In this document: piece by piece, positions 1 through 7,711 of the stretch | How the letters are laid out: each line of letters starts with the position of its first letter | Position numbering within the stretch: the first letter of the stretch is position 1 | NCBI GenBank assembly: GCA_000743035.1 | Contig: CP008936.1 | Coordinates: 1,290,001-1,322,000 of the forward strand | Reading direction: 5' to 3' | DNA: 32,000 nucleotides | From: Candidatus Paracaedimonas acanthamoebae | GTDB lineage: Bacteria; Pseudomonadota; Alphaproteobacteria; Caedimonadales; Caedimonadaceae | The notes under the pieces: generated by a model | Told to the model about the DNA's origin: nothing | The model's input: the letters and a program-made list of their open reading frames with translations, nothing else | Databases searched by the model: none | Program-made: the position numbers and the translations under genes

Positions 1-342
1 CATCATTATGCATGCGCCCCCCTTTATGGTTGCAGATTCCTTTCTTTGTCTGAATAAATCTATAGGACAATCAAGGCATTTGAGCAATATGAATAAAAAG
101 AGTCAGCGCTTAAAAATGCCGTCCCTCAATAGACTCCAACAAAAACTAAGGGCGGGAATAGATAATCACCAGAACCGCATAAGTCACTTGCATTCCCCCT
201 ATCCGCATAACAATTTTTCATAAAACCTATACATCCTCCTTTGTCATTAAAAAATAAGATAATTATGTAAGATTTTAAATGCATGAATGTAGGATTTAGG
301 ATACTTTGTATGCTTGTAACAATTATTAAGACATGCAAGCAT

Positions 343-1449
343 ATGAAATCCCATTATTTCCATCTTATTTCTATTTTAAGCTTTATTACCATAGCCACAC
401 CACAACCCAGCTTCTCATATTCTAAAGATTATTATATCGGCTATGCGCGCTCGATAACCGATGATGCTATTCCTGAAGAAGATGTAAAACTAACAATTAC
501 AAATCATATTCTTGATCTTACAATTAATGGTGATCCTCTAGATATTCATGTTGAACAAAGACTAAAAGAACGCCTTTCAAGAACAAAATATTTTAGAAAA
601 ATTAATATCCAATACAAAAATAACGCGTGTATTGCAGCTAATAATTTGTCTTTGCCCGTTGAAAAAGAAAAACCTGCTTTAAATGACTTTATGCCTTCTG
701 GAACGATTTATAACGCTCCTATTGCTGATCCTAAATGGCCCAGATTTTCTGTAGGATATCAAAATCATTTTAAAAAGAACCATGCTAGAAGTATTTATTT
801 CTTATCTTTTGGAGAGAATTTAGCTCTCTTCCGTCATAAGAATAATAGTGAAGTATATGAATTAGGCATTCAAGCAGGGCTCTTTGGAGCGATGGATATC
901 TCCTCAAATCCGACTAAATTAATTAACTCTGACTATTTTGTAGGTTTAGGACTTTCAATTGTGAAAAGTAAAAAATGGCAAAATATGATACAATTTTCCC
1001 ACCTTAGCTCACATTTAGGAGATGAACTTATCGTTAGCGACCCTACGATTACGAAAAAAAGGATCAATCTCAGTTATGAAACACTTAAATGGCTTACAGC
1101 CTATAAATTTAATAGTTTAAGACCTTATTTAGGCATCGGATATATTGTACATCGAGACCCTTCATCTCTCAAACCTCTTACGTTTGAAGGTGGGATTGAT
1201 TATATCTCTGAAGATAAATTTATATTACCTACAACAAGGGCTGTGGCAGGCGTCCATATACATAGTTGGGAAGAAAATAAATTTAAGCCAACGCTCAATG
1301 TGAGGGCTGGTTTGCAATTAGAAAATCCTGTTTGGCAGGGAAGGTTCCTGCAAGGACTCATTGATTATTCTTATGGGAAATCGCGGCATGGCCAGTTTTA
1401 TAAACAAAAAGAGCATTATATTGGCTTCTTAATATCTCTTTCAAGTTAA
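343..1449 (+). CDS. Secreted or outer-membrane protein, possibly DUF1207-like
   Basis: Long ORF (track 283-1449). The internal Met at 343 gives a signal-peptide-like N-terminus (MKSHYFHLISILSFITIATPQPS). The later part alternates hydrophobic and polar residues like a beta-barrel and ends in aromatic-rich segments. The motif NAPIADPKWPRFSVGY resembles what I recall of DUF1207 proteins, but that family assignment is from memory only. The start codon is uncertain (283 or 343). Confidence 0.6.
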   Translation: MKSHYFHLISILSFITIATPQPSFSYSKDYYIGYARSITDDAIPEEDVKLTITNHILDLTINGDPLDIHVEQRLKERLSRTKYFRKINIQYKNNACIAANNLSLPVEKEKPALNDFMPSGTIYNAPIADPKWPRFSVGYQNHFKKNHARSIYFLSFGENLALFRHKNNSEVYELGIQAGLFGAMDISSNPTKLINSDYFVGLGLSIVKSKKWQNMIQFSHLSSHLGDELIVSDPTITKKRINLSYETLKWLTAYKFNSLRPYLGIGYIVHRDPSSLKPLTFEGGIDYISEDKFILPTTRAVAGVHIHSWEENKFKPTLNVRAGLQLENPVWQGRFLQGLIDYSYGKSRHGQFYKQKEHYIGFLISLSS

Positions 1450-1831
1450 GTTATAATTTGAATAAATTTGCCTTGAAGGATCAGCTGATGTATCAACTGC
1501 GCATAAGTTATGAAGCTAATTGCACAAGATAACTCATCTTTATCATTTTCTTTTAACATTCTTTAAGTTGCATCAAAAGGGTAGGAGAGGCTGTCCCCCG
1601 TATCAAAATATTCATCCTAAATTTGTTTAATACTTTTCCATTTTTAGGTTATTTAATCTCTCTACTTGATTAAGACTTATCTTTTAAAAGTTATCTCATA
1701 TATCCATAATTGACTTGATTGAGAAAGCTCTTCCTATAACACTTATGCTCCATGGGGACTTTATAAAAATGCCTTTATTTGCTTTCAAAGATTTTCAGGA
1801 AAATTTTATAGTCAAGAAATGACTTATAAGA

Positions 1832-1906
1832 TGGTGGGCGATGAGGGATTTGAACCCCCGACCCTCTCGGTGTAAACGAGACGCTCTCCCGCTGAGCTAA
1901 TCGCCC
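1832..1906 (-). tRNA. tRNA-Val (anticodon UAC)
   Basis: The reverse complement reads GGGCGATTAGCTCAGCGGGAGAGCGTCTCGTTTACACCGAGAGGGTCGGGGGTTCAAATCCCTCATCGCCCACCA. The acceptor stem is GGGCGAT/ATCGCCC and the D-loop is AGCTCAGCGGGAGAGC. The anticodon stem TCTCG/CGAGA encloses the loop TTTACAC (anticodon TAC). The T-loop is GGTTCAAATCC and the 3' CCA is encoded. Confidence 0.93.
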
Positions 1907-2058
1907 TGAATTGGCCACACCATACCTAAAACTTTCACAAGAGAAAAGAAGAATATTACATTAAAATAATTTTTTATCTTTTCAAAGGAAAGTTTTGCAT
2001 CTCACCTTCCAAAAAATCCAACGCCATAAAGATCTTATAGAACTATTGACCAACTACT

Positions 2059-2946
2059 TTATAAAATAAGGCTTTCTTTCTTCATTTTATACTCAAGAAA
2101 ATCTCCTAAAGAAGTAATGCGTTTTGAATCACTCATATTCGCTTTATAAATATAGTATAAATCGACAATAGGAACATTTAGTTGCGGCAACACATTGACA
2201 AGGTTTGAATTCTTAATGCTCGGCAGTTCTCCTGAGATTTGAGCTATTCCAAGACCTTCTTTTGCTGCATTCACCAACCCCTCTAGACTATTAACCTTTA
2301 AGTAAGGACGATCAATTAAATAAGGCGTCGCCCCAAGCTCTAAAGCCCAAGACAAATGACCATATGGACTTAAAATATCTTCCCCATAAGCCAACATTTG
2401 ATGATCCTTTAAAGATTCTAATGTTTTTGGAATACCATGTTTTTCAAGGTAGCAAGGACTTGCCCATAATCCTAGTTGAAAAGACTTAAGGTAGCGCTGA
2501 ATAAGATTAGGATGATGTGGCACTTTAGTACAAATTGCGACATCTGCTTCAACAATATTTATTTTCTCTGTCACACCAATAATTGTAATACGAACTTCCG
2601 AATGAAGCTCTAGATACTCTCGAAGATAGCTCATTAGCCAAGAAGCCCCCATATGAGGCGAGGTCACAATTTTTAATTCCCCATAAGCGTCATTATTACT
2701 TAAACAGTGAATAATGCGTTCTGCTTCATGGATAAATCTATGAGCAAAGTTATAAAGTCTCTCCCCCTTCTCTGTCAGCATTAACCCTTTAGAAGTTCTT
2801 TTAAAGAGAGAAACATTTTCTCGATATTCAAAAAGCTGAACTGAACGGCTTAAAGCTGATTGACTTATATGTAGCACTTTAGACGCTTTGCTGAAGCTGC
2901 CAGCCTTGGCCACGACATAGAATATTCTTAATTTTTCTAAATCCAT
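2059..2946 (-). CDS. LysR-family transcriptional regulator
   Basis: The 295-aa ORF has a typical LysR N-terminal wHTH (LRIFYVVAKAGSFSKASKVLHISQSALSRSVQLFE). This is followed by a substrate-binding-domain-sized C-terminus. Confidence 0.85.
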   Translation of the reverse strand: MDLEKLRIFYVVAKAGSFSKASKVLHISQSALSRSVQLFEYRENVSLFKRTSKGLMLTEKGERLYNFAHRFIHEAERIIHCLSNNDAYGELKIVTSPHMGASWLMSYLREYLELHSEVRITIIGVTEKINIVEADVAICTKVPHHPNLIQRYLKSFQLGLWASPCYLEKHGIPKTLESLKDHQMLAYGEDILSPYGHLSWALELGATPYLIDRPYLKVNSLEGLVNAAKEGLGIAQISGELPSIKNSNLVNVLPQLNVPIVDLYYIYKANMSDSKRITSLGDFLEYKMKKESLIL

Positions 2947-3092
2947 GATGCCACCCTATAGTTAATTGTTGTTATGTAGAATCAGTCAAATCGTAATTTA
3001 GGGCGGTGTTATAAGGTGATTTCTTCAACAAGTCAAACTGATAGATAAGAAAATAAAGAAGACAATCTTTAAAAAACAGGCTTTAAATATTA

Positions 3093-3155
3093 GGCTGTGT
3101 GCACTTATCTGAGCTAGAGGACAATAGATCATCAGCTATAATTCCTGCTATATGC
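3093..3155 (+). mobile_element. Relic left end (solo terminal inverted repeat plus ~40 nt) of the same IS5-family element found at 4112-4952
   Basis: GGCTGTGTGCACTTATCTGA at 3093 matches the reverse complement of the intact IS right end (GGTTCTGTGCACTTATGTAA) at 16 of 20 positions by my hand alignment. It shares CTTATCT.AG with the intact left end and is preceded by TA like the intact copy. Weaker similarity continues for about 40 nt into the IS interior and is then lost. Confidence 0.55.
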
Positions 3156-3422
3156 TATACACCACTTTTCTTCTCATTAAACTCCTCCCTTTTTGGGAGT
3201 AATCTTACAATATTTTGAGCCTCATATGTCAGGCGTTAAGCCTGGCCGTCACCTTGACCTTTGTGGAGAGATGTATTACAAATGTGTTATACTAACTCCC
3301 AAGTTTAATTCTTGCATACTATATCCTGTAAATAGCTCAAGAAAACGTATCCATGGAATGGTTTGTTCAATTTATTCTTACATTTTATATTATTATAAAC
3401 TATAATAAAAAGGAGTAATCTT

Positions 3423-4112
3423 ATGAAAATAAGTGAAATTATATTCATTGTTTCTTTTCTAAATTTTTGTATAAGTGGGAATCTCCAAGCTACTGATTCT
3501 TTACTTATCGAGACTTTTCCTGATGAAACATTGGTAAATATTGCTTCTTATGTTACAAAGCTCAGAGATAATAGGAACTTATCCTTCGTCTCAAAAAAAT
3601 GGAAGAATATAGCTAACGATGACCAAGTTATAAGATATATTAAGACTGATCTTTCCCACAGAGACGCGGAACACCAAGATCATGTAAGGCTCAAAAAACT
3701 TCTTCAAACGTTTCCGGCTTGTGTAAAAATCCTAGACTTAAGTTTCGTTGATCTTGATAAGTTAAGAGAGAATTTCTATCTTTCTCATTTGCCCCCTTCC
3801 CTGATAGAGCTTCATCTGGGTAATACGTATGGGTGTGAGGAGGATGTAAGTGATTCCGATATAATACACGTCGTTGCCAGCTGCCCCTACCTTCAAGTCC
3901 TTCATCTTGCCTCTTTAAACAAAGTAACAAAAGAGGGCTTATGTGCTCTACGTTCCCTCACAAGTCTGAAAAAGTTAGAGCTTTATTTTATGCTTCATAT
4001 TAAGTCAGAAGACGTAGCTGAGTGCCTTCCTAGTTTACAAGAGTGGAATATTAATGGAACAACGTTTCTGCGCTCTGGACAAGAAACCCATAAAAAGTCA
4101 AAGAATAACTAG
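3423..4112 (+). CDS. Eukaryote-like F-box / leucine-rich-repeat protein (candidate secreted effector)
   Basis: The SD AGGAG lies 6-7 nt upstream of the ATG. The N-terminus is hydrophobic. FPDETLVNIASYVTKLRDNRNLSFVSKKWKNIANDDQV fits the F-box consensus (LPDEIL..I.SYL......L..VSKRW..L..D). Downstream are FBXL-type repeats (ILDLSFVDLDKL, LIELHLGNTYGC, CPYLQVLHLASLNKVTKEGLCAL, LTSLKKLELY). Confidence 0.75.
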   Translation: MKISEIIFIVSFLNFCISGNLQATDSLLIETFPDETLVNIASYVTKLRDNRNLSFVSKKWKNIANDDQVIRYIKTDLSHRDAEHQDHVRLKKLLQTFPACVKILDLSFVDLDKLRENFYLSHLPPSLIELHLGNTYGCEEDVSDSDIIHVVASCPYLQVLHLASLNKVTKEGLCALRSLTSLKKLELYFMLHIKSEDVAECLPSLQEWNINGTTFLRSGQETHKKSKNN

Positions 4113-4952
4113 GTTCTTGTTCTTATCTAAGCCATAGGATAGTAGAAGCATAAGCAAGGAATCCCATAAAAGAAGAAGCTTTTTTGTCAAAGCGAGAGAA
4201 GACTCTTCTGAAGTATTTGATCTTATTAAAGAAACACTCGATAAGGTGTCTTTCTTTATAAAGATGTTCATCATACTCTCTTGGCTCTTTTCTGGAAGCA
4301 CGTGGAGGAATAACCGGGGTACAACTCTGTCGTTTAATCTGCTCAATAAAGGTATTTGAATCATATGCTTTGTCGGCGATAATGTTGGAATTCTTCATCC
4401 CCTCAACAAGATAGGGTGCTTGGGTGATATCATGTCTATGTCCACCTGTCAGGGAAAACCTCAGGGCTTGTCCTAAAGCATCGACAACAACATGAATTTT
4501 TGTTGTAAAACCACCCTTACTGCGACCCAAAGCTTGTTCTTCTTGAGAACCCTTTTTATATCCTGCAGCACAAGGATGAGCTCTGACAATACTGGCATCA
4601 AGCACATGGTTTTCTCCATCTTTATCTGGAGTAAGGTATTGTAAGATAAAATTCCAAAAATCTTTACAGCACCAAACTGCATAACGCTTGTGAACACTGC
4701 GCCATTTTCCGTAATAGGTAGGCAGCTCCCGCCATTGGGATCCAGTCCTCATTATATAGTAAATACCTTCGAAAAAACGTCTCGTTTTAGTTTCATTCTT
4801 GACGCGAATCTGTCTCATCCTCTTGAGAATTTCATAAATCTTTGACCACGCTTCTGGCTTGATGTAATACTTATACATGGTAATGCTCCTTTAAATTACA
4901 ATAGAACATTACCACTTTTTTTGATTTAATTTTTACATAAGTGCACAGAACC
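4112..4952 (-). mobile_element. Intact IS5-family insertion sequence (IS427-like group), 841 bp
   Basis: The imperfect terminal inverted repeats are GGTTCTTGTTCTTATCTAAG (4112 onward) and the reverse complement of 4931-4952, GGTTCTGTGCACTTATGTAAAA. By hand they match at about 16 of 21 positions with one gap. TA flanks both ends (4110-4111 and 4953-4954). A single DDE transposase ORF fills the element. Confidence 0.85.
4123..4878 (-). CDS. IS5-family DDE transposase
   Basis: The 251-aa ORF has the N-terminal region typical of IS5/IS427-group transposases (FEGIYYIMRTGSQWRELPTYYGKWRSVHKRYAVW). A DDE-domain-like remainder follows (LDASIVRAHPCAAG, ADKAYDS, YKERHLIECFFNKIKYFRRVFSRFDK). Confidence 0.9.
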   Translation of the reverse strand: MYKYYIKPEAWSKIYEILKRMRQIRVKNETKTRRFFEGIYYIMRTGSQWRELPTYYGKWRSVHKRYAVWCCKDFWNFILQYLTPDKDGENHVLDASIVRAHPCAAGYKKGSQEEQALGRSKGGFTTKIHVVVDALGQALRFSLTGGHRHDITQAPYLVEGMKNSNIIADKAYDSNTFIEQIKRQSCTPVIPPRASRKEPREYDEHLYKERHLIECFFNKIKYFRRVFSRFDKKASSFMGFLAYASTILWLR

Positions 4953-5154
4953 TAATAATTTTCAAAGTGTTAAATCTTACCTATGCATTCATTTCATAGG
5001 AAGAGCACTTTAAGTATGATTAAATTATATTTGAACTTATTGAGTGATACTCATAATTTTAAGAAATTGAGTTGAATTAAAAATTTAATTTAAACTCAAT
5101 ATTGTCGTGAAGTTTTTTCTAACTAACAAAAATTTCACGTCTCCCTGTCAACTT

Positions 5155-5179
5155 GGTCAGAAGATTTTATCTTCTGACC
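5155..5179. terminator. Perfect 11-bp stem / 3-nt loop hairpin, one copy of a repeated terminator-like module
   Basis: GGTCAGAAGAT-TTT-ATCTTCTGACC. Near-identical copies with similar flanks occur at 7671-7694, and in degenerate form at about 6413-6439. Confidence 0.5.
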
Positions 5180-5430
5180 TCCTTTTGAGAAAAAATTTCT
5201 GCTACTTATGATATTTCAATACTTAAATTTTTAAAATAAGGTAACTATTAATACTCTTCCTTCTTATCAGCAAATGCTATCTATTCCTTGATATAAATCA
5301 CCTAAAATTTTGATGCCTTATTACAAATTGAGTTGGCAGCCTCGCTTAAAGTTTGTTGCTTTCCTGAGCTAAGGTTTGTATGTAAGTGGGTACATCGTTA
5401 ACCTGTGCGTTTAGAAGAAATAAAATCATA

Positions 5431-6303
5431 ATGAAGATTACTAAATCAGTTATAAGTTATATTCTTACTTTTTTTTTAATTGGCACTATTGCAATCATTT
5501 GTTTGGCAACAAGCGATATATCTTCAGTAAGAAGGTTTAGAAAATCTAGCGACCCTTTTTCAATCAATTTCAAACAACAACCGTCACGTAAAGGCTTAGA
5601 TGATCTTAGAATCTCAGGCAGTAGTTACCTCTCTCAACTAGCAATAAAAAAAGCCTTAGCTAACATCCCTTTTCCTGTATATATCGTTGATTTACGATCA
5701 GAGCCCCATTATTTCATCAATGGATTACCTGAGCGTTGGTATGGGTATAAAAAAACTGAAGTTACTCAAATTCCACAAGAAACTAAAAATGTTGACATAC
5801 TGTATCTTTTACGTCGGCTCGTAAAAACAGGCAAAATCACCCATTCATCCCAGGATACTAAATCTGAAAAAGAAATCGTCGAAGCACTTGGTTATTCCTA
5901 TGTAAACATTAATCAGACACGCCACGATGTTAACGATAGAGATTTTGTCGATTCATTCGTGAATTTAGTTAATCACATTCCCCCTAAAAGTTGGATCCAT
6001 TTTCACTGCGCAGCTGGGCGAGGACGCACAACAACTGCAATGGTGATGTTTGATATTTTAAAAAATAGAGATGTTCCTCTTGAAGATATCGTAGCACGCC
6101 AACATCTCATAGGAGGACAAGATTTGTTTAATACAACAGTGTGGGAAAATGGAACATATGCAAAAGAGAGGCTAGAAAAAAGAAAGAATTTTATTATTCT
6201 TTTTTATCAATATGTACATGATCCCAAAGGTTTAGGTCATATATCTTGGACAGAATGGTCGAAGGATAAAATTATAAACCAACGCTCATGTCTTACGTCT
6301 TAG
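5431..6303 (+). CDS. Membrane-anchored CX5R phosphatase, PTP-like (cysteine) phytase family candidate, copy 1
   Basis: The active-site signature HCAAGRGRTT fits HCxxGxGR(T/S), as in the PTP-like phytase signature HCEAGVGRT of Selenomonas PhyA. The N-terminal TM segment is ISYILTFFLIGTIAIICLA. The track ORF begins at GTG 5386, but ATG 5431 (MKITKS) is more plausible and matches the paralog. Confidence 0.75.
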   Translation: MKITKSVISYILTFFLIGTIAIICLATSDISSVRRFRKSSDPFSINFKQQPSRKGLDDLRISGSSYLSQLAIKKALANIPFPVYIVDLRSEPHYFINGLPERWYGYKKTEVTQIPQETKNVDILYLLRRLVKTGKITHSSQDTKSEKEIVEALGYSYVNINQTRHDVNDRDFVDSFVNLVNHIPPKSWIHFHCAAGRGRTTTAMVMFDILKNRDVPLEDIVARQHLIGGQDLFNTTVWENGTYAKERLEKRKNFIILFYQYVHDPKGLGHISWTEWSKDKIINQRSCLTS

Positions 6304-6458
6304 ACAACTAAAATATAATATTAACTGTTTAAATCATAACATAAACATTCGCCTCAAGCTTAATTCGAAGAGGACATTTTTTGATATATAAAAATTTAGT
6401 TCTTCCTATCAACTTGAACAGAAAATTCCATCATCTGACTTTTTTCGTAGAGAACCCA

Positions 6459-6552
6459 CTTATTAAATGTCAAAAGACCTTTTTCTTCCAAGAGAGTTTT
6501 TAGTTCCCCAGATTCATAAATTCCTCGCACCATCCCAACTCTACCAATAATC
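6459..6552 (-). pseudogene. Relic of the 3' end of grxD left by the tandem duplication
   Basis: The minus-strand translation IIGRVGMVRGIYESGELKTLLEEKGLLTFNK aligns with the C-terminus of the intact Grx4 at 7712-7810 (FIGGADIIREMYESGELKTLLEEKGLVTVNN). There is no upstream remainder and no start codon. Confidence 0.8.
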
Positions 6553-6680
6553 TTAATATAAATTATTAAAGTAATTCTTCAATTTTATAGATCTTGTATA
6601 AAGTTTATTGCTTTCTTAACCTAAGGCTTGTATGGAGTAAGAACATTTTTAACCTAGGTATTAGAAGAAATATAATTAAA

Positions 6681-7556
6681 ATGAAAATAACTAGATCAAT
6701 TATAAATTATATTCTTACTTTTGCTTTAATTAGCATTATTGCAATCATTTATTTCATAGCAAACGATATGTCTTCCGTAAAAAGGTTTAGAAAATCTAGC
6801 GACGATTTTTCAATCGATTTCAAGCAACAACCGTCGCGTAAAGGATTAGATAATCTTAGAATCTCAGGCAGCAGCGCACCATCACAGCCCGTAATAAAAA
6901 AAGCCTTAGCTAACATTCCTTTTCCTATATATATCGTTGATTTACGATCGGAACCTCATTATTTCATCAATGGGTTACCTGAGTATTGGTATGGGTATAA
7001 AAGAACTAAATTTACTCAAATTCCACAAGATATTATAAATGTTAGCCCAAAATATCTTTTACGTCGGCTAGTAAAAACAGGTAAAATCACCCATTCAGCC
7101 CAGGATACTAAATCTGAAAAAGAAATTATCGAAGAGCTTGGTTATTTCTATCTCCACATTAATCAGAAGCGCCACCATGTGGATGATAGAGAGTTTGTTG
7201 ATTCATTAGTGAATTTAGTTAATCAAATTCCCCCTAAAAGTTGGATCCATTTTCACTGCGCAGCTGGGCGAGGACGCACAACAACTGCAATGGTGATGTT
7301 TGATATTTTAAAAAATAGAGACGTTCCTCTTGAAGATATCGTAGCACGTCAACATCTCTTAGGTGGCGAGAATTTGCTTGATACGACAATATGGAAAAAA
7401 AATAGCACATACTCAAAAGAGAGGCTAGAAAAAAGAAAGAATTTTATTATTCTTTTTTATCAATATGTACATGATCCCAAAGGTTTAGGTCACATATCTT
7501 GGACAGAATGGTCAAAGGATAAAATTATAAACCAACGCTCATGCCTTACCTCTTAG
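6681..7556 (+). CDS. Membrane-anchored CX5R phosphatase, PTP-like (cysteine) phytase family candidate, copy 2
   Basis: This is a paralog of 5431-6303 with the same HCAAGRGRTT signature and the TM segment INYILTFALISIIAIIYFIA. The track ORF begins at TTG 6594, but ATG 6681 (MKITRS) is more plausible. Confidence 0.75.
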   Translation: MKITRSIINYILTFALISIIAIIYFIANDMSSVKRFRKSSDDFSIDFKQQPSRKGLDNLRISGSSAPSQPVIKKALANIPFPIYIVDLRSEPHYFINGLPEYWYGYKRTKFTQIPQDIINVSPKYLLRRLVKTGKITHSAQDTKSEKEIIEELGYFYLHINQKRHHVDDREFVDSLVNLVNQIPPKSWIHFHCAAGRGRTTTAMVMFDILKNRDVPLEDIVARQHLLGGENLLDTTIWKKNSTYSKERLEKRKNFIILFYQYVHDPKGLGHISWTEWSKDKIINQRSCLTS

Positions 7557-7670
7557 GTACTTATCGACAACTAAAAATAATATGGATCCCTAATTAACCT
7601 TAACGTAAAAATATTCGGCTCAAGTGGTAAGCTTTTTGACCAATCAAAATTTAGATTTTCTTATTAGCTT

Positions 7671-7694
7671 GGTCAGAAGATTTTATCTTCTGCC
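7671..7694. terminator. Hairpin between the convergent phosphatase copy 2 and grxD (likely bidirectional terminator)
   Basis: GGTCAGAAGAT-TTT-ATCTTCTGCC, a stem with one bulged base. It lies between the stop codons of two convergent genes (7556 and 7712), with T/A-rich flanks. Confidence 0.5.
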
Positions 7695-7711
7695 CCTTTA
7701 TTGTAAAGGAT

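Noticed and set aside
8-338. Two small overlapping ORFs (8-223 plus strand, 126-338 minus strand) at the window start
   Set aside because: Neither has a ribosome-binding site, a recognisable motif or coding-like composition. They overlap each other in an AT-rich leader upstream of the 343 gene, so they are most likely non-coding.
1832-1906. tRNA-Val as the integration site of a genomic island
   Set aside because: The window contains no integrase and no direct repeat of the tRNA 3' end. The accessory islet lies on the 5' side of the tRNA.
3193-3405. A 70-aa ORF starting at TTG upstream of the F-box gene
   Set aside because: It is Cys- and Tyr-rich with an odd composition, has no SD and matches no known motif. 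It lies in the spacer next to the IS relic and is probably spurious.
3196-3423. Exact 12-nt direct repeat GGAGTAATCTTA (3196-3207 and 3412-3423). The second copy forms the SD and start region of the F-box gene. The first copy forms a small hairpin with CTCCC at 3185-3189.
   Set aside because: The repeat is real but too short to interpret. No similarity continues beyond the 12-mer, so I cannot support a duplicated start region or a regulatory role.
4110-4112. The idea that the IS insertion truncated the F-box/LRR protein
   Set aside because: Under the TA target-duplication model, excising the IS restores a TAA at the same codon, so no truncation occurred. The idea survives only as the minor alternative (about 14 lost codons) described in the findings.
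4098-4697. ORFs 4098-4364 and 4473-4697 inside the IS
   Set aside because: They are out-of-frame shadows on the same strand as, and overlapping, the intact 251-aa transposase ORF. No frameshift architecture is needed to explain the element.
5066-5100. AT-rich imperfect palindrome ATTGAGTTGAATTAAAAATTTAATTTAAACTCAAT
   Set aside because: It could be an operator or a hairpin, but it is almost pure A/T, has an indel in the arms and has no second copy. That is not enough to call a feature.
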